From: Parasitella parasitica NRRL 2501
Taxonomy: Eukaryota; Fungi; Mucoromycota
Reading direction: 5' to 3'
NCBI GenBank assembly: GCA_025201805.1
Contig: MU619345.1
Location: 31,383-95,382 of the forward strand
Length of the DNA stretch: 64,000 bases
Below are positions 1-13,303 of this stretch, piece by piece (the first letter of the stretch is position 1; each line of letters starts with the position of its first letter). The notes under the pieces were generated by a model, which searched no databases, was not told the DNA's origin, and saw only the letters and a list, made by a program, of their open reading frames with translations. Position numbers and translations under genes: made by a program.

Positions 1-299
1 ATTCTTGACACTTATGGCAGACAAATTAGCAGATACAGACCCTGAAAATACCATCCTGAAGGCATTTTCTACTTTTGTTGATGGAAACGGAAAAATCAAT
101 GCAAACTATTTACGAGAGTGTATGACGACCATGGGCGATAGATTCACTGATGAGGAGGTAATTTATAAGCTCGAGTATGTCTGTAGGGTTCCTAATAGAG
201 CTGTTCCAGGTTGACATCATGTTTAAAGGTGCTGTGGTTGATGAGGATGGCAACTTTAATTACAGAGATTTCGTCCGTATTCTGAAACATGGAGAGTAA
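1..299 (+). CDS. Myosin regulatory light chain (EF-hand), 3' part; gene starts before the window
   Basis: FLTLMADKL..TDPE..I..AF..F; MTTMGDRFTDEE; GT-AG intron 158-209; last exon VDIMFKGAVVDEDGNFNYRDFVRILKHGE, TAA at 297-299. Confidence 0.9.
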
Positions 300-1266
300 A
301 TGCTTACATAGCAAGAAGATTATACCTCAATATTTTGTCAATAGCTGTACATAGTATCACGCATCAAACATGCACTCCTGCTCTTTCTCTCTCTTCTTTT
401 TGCTATATCTTTCTTTATAACAATAAATCAGCTTTTTTGTTTTGATGATATACAACAACATTTCGCATACATCTGCAAACAAAAGGCAAAAAAAAAAAAA
501 ACGCTACTCCTATTCTTATCAATATTTCATGGTTGGCAGATCTTCGAAAAGATTCCTCAGAGAGGGGCTATCTTTACATGCAATTCATCTTATGCAATGC
601 AGACAAAAAAACATAGAAAATCTCTATTATTATTATTTGTAAACTCGAGAGTGTCCTGAATCCACAAAGTTTTCACGTATTCGCATTTGTAGAGTACATG
701 TATACATTATTACAATTTACGTAATCCATACACTTGTATATACGATATAAGATTCACTCTGTAGCTAATGAACGGAAATATAGATGAAAATAGGTTTGAT
801 GATTGACACTGTGCATTTTTGTGTGTATGATGATTTTCTGAAATAGATACTTAGGAGAAATTATACAAATCAAGCAAACATATTCTTTTTGGCAAGAATT
901 CCCCTAAAAATCATATCATTGCACACTTGATACAATCGTATGACATTCAACCAAGTGCTATTTAATATGTACTATAGATAACATCATATGGAACGAACCC
1001 ATATTTTTTTTTTTTTTTTNNNNNNNNNNNNNNNAATGGTCATTAATGATTATGCCTGCAGCACCGATAACGAAAAAAAAAAGAAATACTCTAATTGTCA
1101 ATTGATGTCTTGTCAGTTGATTCTAATTAATTGAAATATATGCTAAAAGCGCTATATATGTGGCGGTGGCGGTTTAAGAGACAAGGGATAATTAAATTCA
1201 CAGACTACTACAGGGTTTATTAAATGTGTGTCTCTGGGCAGATTCATCTGTATGTTCACAACTTGA

Positions 1267-4200
1267 CTATTGTGTATCTTGCAATGCAGATAGCATCTTC
1301 TTCCACGGATATGCTTCATCATACTCATCTTTTGGCATGCTATCTATACATTTCAGTAGGGCTTTGTATGCTTTTCTATAATCCTGTTTCTTCACATGAT
1401 ATTTCCAAGCTACTTTTGGCAGATTACCCAGGTTTGAAAAGAATGTTTCTGCAAATTCTGGATACAGGCCGCAAAAGTACCATGCGTCCTCATGACCAAT
1501 CTCTCCCATTAACTGCTCAAAGAACGGGTATCCATAGTGATCAATGTATGACTCACTGTGCTTTTTGAACTCTTCCGGAGACGACATCAATTTTGGAATT
1601 GAAGCGACAATTTGGGAGATATCGCCATACTTGTCAGCAAGATCTACAATCGTTTGAAAAGAACCAACACGACGCAACCCTTCAAATGCCGCTTCTTTGA
1701 TAGCACTGTACTTTTCTATGTCAGGTTGCTTGCTGTAAATGTCCAGCAAAAGCGATGCTGAGTCTTGCAATTTGCGCTTTTCGTCATCTGCGCATGGTGC
1801 AGTTGAAGTGCTGTTGCTGATTTGTTTGACTTTTTGATTAAAGATATCAACAAGATGCTCACATGCCTGAACTATACAAGTCGTTTTTTGTTAATAGTTT
1901 GATGCATCGCGCTTTTTAGTGTTGTTGGAATTACCAGAAAAGTGATTTTCAGTCGGTATATGTAGATCATATCGACGCATATTTTTCTCTTCAAATGATC
2001 TGCATTTTTGAATAATCCTCTAAGCAACAGTTTTAGCGCACAAATTAGTACACAAAATATATACCTACAGGTATAATATCGTCTGCACAGATTGTCGCTT
2101 GATTGGCAGCAATTTGAGCGAGGAATTCCTTGATTTTGTAAATCTAACAAACCTGTATTTTAGTGCACATGCATACAAACAAACATTGTTCATACATGAT
2201 CTCTCAGCAAATGCTCTAGTTGTGATTTCCCACCGAGTTCCGTTCCTACTACTGTTTGGCTGATTTGTGCTGCATTGCTTATCCATTTCAAGTCGCTGGA
2301 TCTACACAGATATATCAGTAAACAATTCATGAAAATAGCGTTTCAAGAAATAGGCTCACTTTTCTTGAACAATTTTCCATATCTGCTTGGCTAGGTAGTA
2401 TAATTCAAGCAGTTCAAATAATCGAGATTTCTGCTCGCTAGAAAGCTATTTATACAAACATATCAGCAAGTCTGCACTACTACCTTCCAAATAGACATTA
2501 CCAAATGGTCAAGCATATGATCTTGCAGCATTTTGTACAAGTGGTTTTGGAAGTAGAATCTGGATTCAATGAAAGATATTTCAGAATCTAATGACTTTGG
2601 TAAAAATGGACATCTTTCTTCAAGTATATCGTTTGTCACCTCCATGATGACTGACCCAACGTCCTCATTGTGTTCTACCACAAGAGGAAATCGTAACGGT
2701 GACTAATAAAGGGACGGGAATAGTTGAGCTTATTGATGACGGACACATGATGGGCTTTATAAATTACCTCTTTGTATACGCCAAAGAAGAGCGCTTGTTC
2801 CAGTCTTGATTTAAACACCATTGTGTCTCGCTCTAGCTGTACGATTTTTTGTTAGTACAAGTATTCTATCATACATAACATGACTGAAGAGAGCTCACGA
2901 TATTATCAACAATACTAGCGTAGATGTTTCTATATATAATATGTGCAATTAGCGTATATCTAATGTGGACCATGTGTGTCGGTCTACGCACCCTGTTGTT
3001 CTGGATTCCAGAATTTCGTCTTTATCTACTTGGAATTCAAGAATGTCGCTCTTTGCTGTTACCACCATAGCCGAAGCCAGATTATCGGCTGTTTCCACCA
3101 TGCTGACAGATAAAATAGCATCGCTCTTATCCTTCAATACAAGCGATTCTTCAAATACCGAGTGCTTACTTAACGATCTTGCGACTACAGTGTCAGCAAA
3201 GGATACAAATGCAATGTCATTTGTGATGATCAATTGAGGGGGTTCTGACTGAGGTGAATGTAGTTCAGAGTAAGGTAAGGATACTGTGTGTTTGGCGTAC
3301 ATGTTCACAGAGTTGTTGCTGTCGTATTCAATGTCGAATTTGATTATTGCATACTGCAAGAATTCGCTGATTTCAGGCACAGTGTACGAGACGAGTAGGG
3401 CTAGTTGCTCCTTACTATAAAAAATATCAGTAAAAACACACATGCGCTTTGTAGAAAAAAAAAACGCCATTTTACACTTTGATATCCATGTTCACAATTT
3501 CGCATTGAAGTGTATATTTCGTCACATTGGATGGTACATGAGGTAAAATGCAGTCGACAATGTCATTTTGAAGGTGGATATAAGAAACCAGCTGTTTGCG
3601 TTAAGTCAGTAACATGTGCGTATTGTGGTGTGCACAACGTTTGCTTACCTCTGCCTGTGTCTCGGTGTCAATTTTCCACAAACATACACTGTGCTGGCAG
3701 CAAATATAACACATGTTTTCGACTACGCTAATGTTCACAATAGGCCCAGTTTCGTCGACTGTGGGTAATGTATAATCTGGTGTATTTGGCAAGAGCTGAC
3801 GGTAAGAGGCAAGCACGAAATCTAGCACTGTAGAGATGCGTTCCTTGTAGAGTGGCGTTGCCTGATTTGCAGTGGAGGATACGTTGAGTAAATAAAGTTG
3901 GCCTGTTGATGACCCTATCAATACTAGATCTGCATTAATCCACTTGACAGCTGTTGTGCGCTCGTGGTGTCGATACAAGGAAACCCTATAAGATGCTTCG
4001 GCATGTTGATCACTGCTATTTACAAAGAGGTGTACCCAGCCTCGGCCATCTACAGTAATGATTTTGATTACTTGTCTATCGTTGTTGTCAGTGTGCTCAA
4101 ATACATTGAGTAATGGAACTGTGGTTTCACGATAGGGTTTTTGTGAGGTTGGATATGTAGCGAATAAGCTGGATTTCTGTGCAAAATTGGTTATTGCTAT

Positions 4201-4619
4201 TAGGCATATGCTTTTTTGCATGAGCTCATTTTACCTTTGAGTGCAAGTAGAGATGCGTAGCAGTCAAAAGGACCATGTACTCTTGCTGTAGATTGACCGC
4301 TACGCGAAGGCGATTAGCTGGCTCTAATCAACAAGGAAGAAAGTAGGATTAATTATACTACATTGTCATAACAAGATGTTGTGCGTCACTTACGCTGATC
4401 AATTGTCTCTTGGTAAATCTCGGGAAGTCTGCAGTTCACAGTTATTTGGAAAGCCTTCGATTTGCTTAGGACGAAAGGGTCAAACCAATCCACTGTGTAA
4501 GAAATGGTTGTGCTCTTTTGCTTGTCGTGGAACAGTACTCGGTTGTCGACAATAGCTTTGCTCTCCAGCGTTGGCTCTCTTCTCGTTTCAAGCAGAGCCG
4601 CTGATTTGGACTTTGTCAT
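1267..4619 (-). CDS. Nup133/Nup132-like nucleoporin, multi-exon, divergent and short
   Basis: Exons join in frame through GT-AG introns from ATG 4619; beta-rich N-half; KSRLEQALFFG..SPLRF..VTNDIL motif typical of fungal Nup133; helical C-half with YGYPFFEQL and KVAWKYHV. Confidence 0.7.
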
Positions 4620-4696
4620 AGAATTAGGGTAAAAAGGTAGAGAAAAAGAAGCGTATTTTATTATTTGATTGCATGTATCATGTAGGACTGCCCAAC

Positions 4697-6494
4697 TCAT
4701 GATTGGCCTTCTGCCTTGATCTTCTTTTTGTTGTCCTTGCTGTTTTTAAAGAAGTTTGTGATTTGGCCGTTGGTAGCAGCAGAAGGATAATGGCGCTTCC
4801 AGCTATCAAAGAGAGCCATGGGCTTAGGATAATCTCTGCCAATTTGGCATTTGTACCTGACCTGATCTTCGTTGCTCATTAGCCACGGACAATGAACAAA
4901 ATGTACAGGCAAATGCTGCAGCTCAGGGCACCAAAGTTTGATGTAATCGCCGTCTGGGTCATAATCTTTGCCTTGCTTTATGATATTGAAATGCCTGAAA
5001 CCTTCGCGTGGATCACAGCCTACGCCCGCAACTAGCATGTAGTTTAAATCAGCAAAGGGATTTTACAAAAAGCCACTACTAAGTTACTTTACCGTATTGC
5101 CAATTACCATAGTTGGAGTACACATCATGGTCAACAAGTATTGATTCAAAGTATTCAGCGCCAATACGCCAGTCAATTTCGAGATCCTTGGAGAGATAAC
5201 TAGCAACGTTTTGACGGCCACGATTGTTCAAGAAACCTGTGTACAGCAATTCTCTCATGCAAGCATCCACAAAGGGGGTGCCTGTTTGGCCAGCACACCA
5301 TTTGTTAAAATGCTCGTCATTTGATTTCCACACTTTGTCTTGGTAGCTGCTTTTGGGTTTGGCGTTCTCTTCTTGCAATTTGTCCATGTTTCTGAATCCA
5401 TGCAACATAAATACTCTGGAACCGAATCCAGATACCAACAGCCTAAAGAAATCCCTCCACAAGAGCTCAAACTTGACCCAATACACGCCATCGTCATCAC
5501 TAAAAGCCTTCACGCTGCGCTTTCTCTTCCTTTGCTTGTTGAACTTGTCCATCTGATGCCAAATTAGACGAGGGGATAGACATCCATGCGCCAAAAAAGC
5601 AGAAAATTTAGTTGAATACTCTGTGCCAATCATGCCATTGCGCGTATGCTTGTAGTCGTCCACCCCTTGAGTCTTGAATACGTAGCTGTTGAGTCTATCC
5701 AGGGCTGATTGCTCACCGCCCTTCCAAGGATAGGCAGACCGGCTTTCCGGCTTGACGTGAATATCGCTGTACAGTTTTTCAAGATTCTCGTAGCCATCTT
5801 GTGCATGTTCGAAATTCCATGCAGCCTTGGGGAATGCGGGTAACTGTTCGGGAATGACAAGTGGAGCTCTTACAGGGCTATCCATCTTTTCAATTCTCTT
5901 TCGGAAATGCGTATACACCTTGTAAGTACGCTCACCAACGAAATCCAAGTCTTCTGGGTTAACCATCATTGTATCGTGGTAGTATCGAACCTTGCCCTTC
6001 ATTGATTTTGATAACGCCTTTTCGATCAATAGCTCTTCATAAGCATACTAACAAGATGCTATTTAGACTTTATGGTTGTCTTGGCTTTCAATGCCAATGC
6101 TTACCTCTTTATTTGTGTGCAAACCCTCCAAATGATACTTTTTTGTTACTAGGTATTTTTCCAGCCTTGGGAACGCATCCTCTGGGGCTCCGAAAAGGAT
6201 CATTAAGTCGCTGCCTCGTTTCACTAGCTGCTGTTTGAGATCCATGATGGACTCATAGTAAAACTTGGCACGGAAAGCCTTGACGCGATCAAGCTTGAAA
6301 AACCAAGTCTTTGGAGGAGCATAGGCGCCTTGATTTTCAAGGATATTGATATCAATCATACGAGGGTCAATGCAGACAACCGGTAAGATGTCAGCATCAG
6401 GTTTGGTTTTCATTGCATAAAACAACGACTGGTTATCATGAACTCGCAATACATTACGAAAGAAACAGATTTGAATAGGTTTTGACGCTGTCAT
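4697..6494 (-). CDS. cryA: Cryptochrome DASH (photolyase/cryptochrome family), 3 exons
   Basis: FFRNVLRVHDN, YKHTRNGMIGTEYSTKFSAFLAHGCLSPR, FELLWRDFF, NNRGRQNVASYL, SNYGNWQY-VAGVGCDPR. Confidence 0.93.
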
Positions 6495-6678
6495 TTTTAG
6501 TGTGATTTAGCAATATGAGAAAGTTATTCTGTCCTTTTCTCTCTTCTTTTTATAGCCAAGAACAAACAAGGATCGGATCACAAAATAGGCAGACACAAGC
6601 CGATGAAACTTTATGCTTCATCGATGAATGGCAGATTTTCATAGAAGAAAAAAATATGTGCATATTTTATCGTTTGCT

Positions 6679-7378
6679 TTAAAGCAATCTTAATGACTTT
6701 AATAGTCCTTCACTAGCTCTAGTTACTTGCTTAAAGTTGTGTTCAAAACCTTCGTCTCCACCATAGTAAGGATCTTCAATAATGCGTTCGCCTTGAGGAT
6801 CGTATTCACCAAATAATTTGACAACTGCCTTTGAATCATGAGGAGCCAGGCTCTGTTGATGATAATTTACGTCAATGCCACTGAAATCCTTGACTGGTTT
6901 GCTTTTTACCTCTAAATCCCTCAAATTGGATTCATCCATGCAAAGAATATAGTCAAATGTATGAAAATCGGCCTTGGAAACCTGTTACCTGCGTAAATCA
7001 AGTGCAATATCCCACCATCTTTCTCTTATATACCTGTCTGGCTTTATGGTTGACTGGGACGTGATGAGATTTGCACGTAGAAGAGCTACGGGCATCAGGG
7101 TTGCTTCCAACCTTTTTTTTTTTTTTTCCAATGGAGATTTAGCACAGCATCAATACAACATATAAAAGACTTACATGATACGAAGCAGTGCCTGCCGAAT
7201 CAATCTTGGTGATTCTATCCTGAAGCTTCTTTTCCTTTACTGTTTGGGCAAATACTGCCTCAGCCATGGGTGAACGACAAATGTTACCTTGGAAGCAGGG
7301 TTAGATGAACTCTCCCTTTCCGATGCTTTAATTCTTACCCAAACAGACAAATAGAACACTGATAGGTTCGCTAGACAT
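6679..7378 (-). CDS. Low-molecular-weight protein tyrosine phosphatase
   Basis: Spliced [26 protein letters not shown] (P-loop CX5R), IDSAGTASYH, MDESNL, DPYYGG. Confidence 0.92.
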
Positions 7379-7500
7379 TTTTGATTGAGTTGATTAAGAA
7401 AGTTCAAGATAGAGCACGCGAGCGAATGCCGCAGATTTATAACTTGCAATTTGAAAACCGCACCGAAAAAAATTACTCGGTTGTGTGAGGCTAAAGTTGC

Positions 7501-7567
7501 CCAGATGTCTCAAGCTAATTTGACCAGATGTCTAGAGCTTATTTGACCAAAGTTTCGAAAATAAATT
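7501..7567. repeat. Degenerate 23-bp tandem repeat, about 3 units
   Basis: ccagatgtctcaagctaatttga (7501) / ccagatgtctagagcttatttga (7524) / ccaaagtttcgaaaataaatt (7547). Confidence 0.6.
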
Positions 7568-9645
7568 AAATCGAGTACAAAGGTTTGCTTTTTCATCCTT
7601 TAGAGACACAGTATCGGCCCTCACGTAGGACCATCCAGTATGAGCTATGTCTGTGCGATTTGATAACTTATTTGATTACTCCAAGAATCTTTAAATATCA
7701 TCAAATATGGCAAATGTGCACCAATTATTATACCACTGTCGAGTTCAGACTGACAACATTATAGGGAAAAATTGAACACGCGCTTCGACATTCAGTTGTG
7801 TGCAAGCATCAATGACAACACTTGCTCAACAGCAGCTTTCCTTGACCTAAAGAATAAGGAGAGTGTACCAGTTGATAAACAACTGCCTTCTTTTTTAACA
7901 TTTTGGAAATTAACCAGCAAAAAAATAAGGTATCTTTTTTTAGTTGTTAGTTGATGTAAAAATGTAGTAATACCGTTGAAAGTAACGAGTTTGGTTATTA
8001 GTTCAAATGTGAGTGTTGGGGGGGGGGCACTGTCTGCTTTTTACTTTTGCGTTTCTTTTGTTTGTGTCAATTATTAACGATGATTTGCACTTTTTTACTA
8101 GAATGCTTGGTACCTAGAGTGTTTGACCCCAAGGATGCAGAACTCGTAACACCAAAGAAGAATCCTTTGTGCTTTGGTTCCCCGTAGCCTTAAAAAGAGG
8201 GAAATAGTGATATCAGATACAAACATGGTTATGGAATTAGGAATTAGACGTACCATTCAGCTGTTCATCTTACGCAATGAAGGAAGAAGTACTTGGTCAG
8301 CCTTTGTTTCTGACCATCCAAAGGTCTCCAATACAAAGATTCGAAGAGAGTCTAGTTGAGGCTGGTCCCAAACAAACTTCTGCGCAGAATCATCTGCATC
8401 AAGATGATGACAGGCAGGGATAATTAAAATTATTTGATAAATCTAGCGCATCGTATCTTTTTCTCTGCGCATTAAAGAAAATATCAAGTTGTTATAAAAC
8501 ACAATTTCATGCTTGCAGAAGATTTACTAACTTAAAATCTTGGAATCAAAATCATACACTGCGCGTCTGATCTTAATTCTACAGACATTATAACTATGTA
8601 ATGTGTTTATGGATTATCAAAACGACAAAAGGAAGAAAAATTCAGTCCTGAAGTTTTCACATCAAATATCCACCATGTCAGCCATAGGAACAAGCACTAA
8701 AATAGGTATGCTTGATAATATTATGGTTGATTTATTCACAAAAAGTAGGCCTGTAAAATATTATTCTTTTGTAGGGACAATTTTAACACCTTGGTAATTT
8801 CGTTCTGACCGTCAATAACGCTATACCTGATTTAACAAGCACCATATTTGCTCAGATGGCCAATACTTGGCAAATACATGTTTAGAGTAAGGTGCATCAA
8901 CTGCTACAATTACATCATACACCGTCAAGGGGCCGTGACAATCGCGAATATACATAATTGTGTCTTCTTATAGTCAAACATTGTCGTGCAAGTGAATTTA
9001 ACAGAGGTAATTTTGATGCACTATACTGAAGACAACTAGAAAAGCTATGAGATTTAGTGAGCAAGTATGAGTTTATTCGAGTTTCTGACTCACTCACGTT
9101 GCTGCTGCTTGCGTTTGTAAGAATATCATTAATCTGTACATTATTTTAACATCTAGATTCTCTCTTTTCTTGCAACTCCTTATAGCTGGCTCTTTTGCCA
9201 TCACTGCGGAATAACATGTCGACTGTGCCTTCGCATAGAAACTATAAAAATTGTATCGAAGGATACAAGGGGAGCTGCTGTATTGTAGATTGTAGGCGTA
9301 TAATTTGCTTTAAGGAGCCAAGGTCAGAAACTGTGAGCAAGATTAGTCGCAGCAACTTATACCCGTGGTGCATACGTTGGTCATTATTAGCCCATATTCA
9401 AAACGGTTATGCGTACTTTTTGAAGCAAAATCACAGTGGCCAAGACTCATCAAATATGAACATCATCATAAAACATTGTTGAATGTTTGATTGGTATTAA
9501 GTTTTCCCATGGTTACTTTCAATTGTATATACGATATGAGATGTGTGTTACTCCGCCTCTCAAATTTCCTTTTTTCTTTCATCTTCCCTACATTTATTTT
9601 TGGTTCCTGTTCTGTATTCCTGCACTTGCACAGACAGGTAAAAGC

Positions 9646-10894
9646 ATGCCATTTTCTTTCGCTCGGTCGACAGCTACACAGCATACAAAAATCCCCTCAA
9701 ATTCTCTGATCAAGAGGTAAAAAAATAAAATAAAATAAAAGAGCAGTAAAGCAAACCACAATTCATCTCAAAGCACAATGCAGTCGTATTAGTTGCATAG
9801 AGGATTCTACACAAGATCAAATAATTACTGAACCAAAATTTCCACTAAAAAAATACAATTATGTGCAAGGACGAAACTACAGAACGTCCAAGAAACCAAA
9901 CGAACAGTTTCTGCCTTGTGATGACGAGGAAACTGAGCGACTCCAAGTGAATCATCTGTTGTTCAAGTAAATTTCGAGGAATGGATACGGAGTTTCGCAG
10001 GTTAAACTGACATCCTATTACGTGTAGATCTCTGTTTGTCACCCAATACTTTTCCCCTGTAGGAGAACTATTAAAATCAGGAATTAAAGTGCTGGATGTA
10101 TCGTAAGTCGAACTATTTATGGTTGCATTATAATTCACATATGTAACAAACATACTGCTTGATTAGAACTGGGCCTGGTTGGTGGCTGACGGCAAGTACA
10201 TTGTATATATTTCATGAAACTTGGCATGGCATTTTTAATCATCTTTTTGCAGGACATGGCTAGGAAATTCCCCAGATCGCATTTTACAGGGTCTGATGTC
10301 ATGATATATCCAATCAGTCCGCCACCTACAAACTGTCATTTTCGAGTAATCGATATAGTTAAAGGGTTGCCTTTTGCGAACGATACATTTGATTTTGTGA
10401 CACAGCATGATTGTCTACTTCGTTACAGTCAAAAAGACTGGGAAATTGTCTTACCAGAGCTAATCCGAGTATTAAAACCAGGTGGATACGTAGAATTAGT
10501 AGAGCCAGCCGGAGCTATACAAGATACTGGACCTAACATGTCAATTTGGATGATGCGGTTGACAGTTTCTTTACAAAGCAGAGATATCAATATCAAAATT
10601 GCATCGCAGTTGGACAGTATGCTGGAGGCCATTGGAAAATTAGACAAGATTGAAGCCTCTCACCATTCAGCACCTGTAGGATGGTATGGCAAGCATGGGG
10701 ATATCATGTTGGAAGCTATCGAAAGACTCTTTGATGCAACCAAACCAAAACTGTGCGAGGATTGGTCAATGAGCAGCCCAAAATACGACAAGATTGTCCA
10801 GGCAGCATCAGCAGAATGCCGAGATTTTAAAAGCTGGCTAAATATTCATTATACCTTTGGGCGAAAAGCACGGAAAAATAAAGAAATTACATGA
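9646..10894 (+). CDS. LaeA-like class I SAM-dependent methyltransferase, multi-exon; start inferred
   Basis: GRNY..FLPCDDEETERLQVNH; spliced motif I VLDVSTGPGWW; GLPFANDTFDFV; RVLKPGGYVELVE. Confidence 0.82.
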
Positions 10895-11263
10895 ACTTTT
10901 ATTGCAAAAGGGAGAAGCTAGTTTTATTTTTGTCAGGTGCAATGTGCAGATGTTCTAAAGAAAAAAGCAAATAGCAAAAGCAAAAAGAAAGAAAAAAATG
11001 AAGAGTAAGAAGCAGCAAAAGATTAGTTTATACTTAACTTTTCTTCTTTTTTTTTCCCTTGTAAAGCTCCTAAATATATACAAAATGTGCAATTCTTTTC
11101 TGTCATCCTTGAGTCTTTCATCTTTTCTTTCTTTTTCTACGCTAGTGTTATATGAAAATGGATACCTAATATTTACTTTTTTTTTTGAGGTGTTTTGTGA
11201 TGTTATTGTTGTACAGGAAACGAATAAGAGAAGCAATTCGCTTCAAGCTACAAGACAATGGTG

Positions 11264-13303
11264 TTACACCGTAGATGCCATGGCAATTGGTGTTGCTTGT
11301 TCGTTCGAATTTGTCGGTACAGGAATTGGAGTTGTAGCTATAAGTGTACTGGTCTTTGCTTTTTTGTTGATGTTAGGGGATGATGGTTTGATGGCAGTTG
11401 GTTGCAATACAGGTGATGGCGACTACAAGAGAAATATAGAAACATACGCTTGAGTAAGATGGCTCCAAAGCCTATCGAATTGTTAGTCTTTACCTTGGAT
11501 AGTGCTCTTTTTGACAAAGCAGCATCTTTTTCGGGAAACACTCCTGCGGGTAAATCTGATCTTCTGACATTCTCAACAACAATTCCCATATGATTTCGAT
11601 TGAATTCAGGCCAACATTTTAGCATGTGCGTAAAATCGTAAATTGGCCTTGTCAAATCCAACGTTCGAGGATAGTCTGCCCTCATTCGAATATACAGCCC
11701 AATGTAGAACACTTTGGTAAACACCTTGACTGGTTTCTTTTTGCTACCCTTGCTTTGTGAAATGATCTGTCCATGCGTTACATCATAGATATCTTGCGAG
11801 CTATGACATTTGTGTTCGTATTTGAAGCCTTTGACAAAGGGGTGCACTAGAGCAATCACCGGCACTGCCTCGAGCTTGATGACCAGCTGTCTCAGCTTTG
11901 CTTCGACAAGTCCAGACCATGACAAGTATCTATCATGCGTATCACCACTTACAACCACTTGCAAATAGTATTTGTAGTTGTCGAAAAATGTATGAGATTG
12001 AAATAAGGCGGACCAAGGTAGCTGATTGGCCATGATCTTGTCTACTGTTTGGGCTGCAATGTTAAATTCGCCCAGAATAATGCGCTGTGTGGATGCCGTT
12101 ACGTTATGGGTGGCACACATGCTGGGGTAAGAGGGCGTGATTACTGGCATACGATGGGTTCTGTCAACTGCATTTGTTTTAGCATTCCAAGGCCTTAGTG
12201 ATGAACTGATGGGAGGGCCGTCTTCTATTGGCTTTAAAATGACAGGTGATGGCCAATTCCATTGAGTCAGAATGCGAAAGAATTTGCTGATGATGACACT
12301 TGCACAGGCATTAGGATACAGTTGACAAATGCGAGCAACTAGGATCGCCCAAGCAACACCGCCCAAGAATCCCATAACATTGGAATAAACGGCTTTTTTC
12401 ATTGCCCACAATTTGATGCATCGAAGAGCAATTCTAAACGTATTGACATTGGGTACTAGACGTATGATATCGTCAGCAACTCTTGTACCATTGATACTAC
12501 GAATACATCTATCATCCAAGTCTTGAAGGATCGACGAGTCTTTTAGACTGGTGCTGGGAGATACGCTAGGTACATTTAGTCTAGCACAAACAAAGTCAAT
12601 CTAGGCAGAACAAAGAAATTTTTAGTAATAACGCAAACCGCAAAAGGACTATTGCCTACTGGAATATCATTAAACTTGAATTTTATCACCGGTACAAATG
12701 AATCTGGCACAGCCTGTTTTCAACGTTTGAATGAATAAACAAACATCTGCATGCAGGATAACAAAAGGAGCTTACAGTAATATGTGTGATTTCAGGTGTC
12801 TTTCTTAATAAAGAAAGCATTTCTTGAAAGAAGTCGCTCCTAAATACGACGTTTGGTACCACACATAATGTGTCAATATCAGCGTCTGCACAAGAATTAG
12901 CGTAATTTATAAGCTGATTTCTTTGTTGACGTTATATTTGGATATTTTACCAGCAGAATTGACTCCTAATTTATAACTTCCATAGGTAAAAACTGCCCCT
13001 CCAGCGTTCTTGGAGGTCTCTATTGGCACTTTTCGCCGTTCACACACATTCAGCACGAATTTATGGGTGATGTCTTGTAGACATTTCAGAGCATTTTCTC
13101 TGTTGAAAGCGCTAGATAAATACATGGCAGAACATCCATGTTTCAGCGAGTGTTTAAACATACCTTTCTCGAGCGCCTTCTGGGCTATCGTACATCCCAA
13201 ATTTTTCCAGCATCTTTTCTAATGCTGATGTTAATGCTAAATCCTGTGAATTTGGCATTGCCAATGATAATGGTGCTGTTACACCTGGATATGATTCACT
13301 CAT
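11264..13303 (-). CDS. PAP1: Canonical nuclear poly(A) polymerase
   Basis: YPGVTAPLS, FTYGSYKLGV..DADIDTLC, RSINGTRV, GFLGGVAWA, HRMPVITPSYPSMCATHNV; spliced last exon ends MASTV*. Confidence 0.92.

Noticed and set aside
7501-7567. CRISPR-like array
   Set aside because: No spacers, only about 3 degenerate tandem units, eukaryotic context
7770-8425. Protein-like fragments between LMW-PTP and the methyltransferase
   Set aside because: No coherent splice model or family; at most a decayed relic
10955-11453. Hydrophobic Phe/Leu-rich ORFs
   Set aside because: Translation of T/A-rich UTR sequence and the antisense of the PAP last exon
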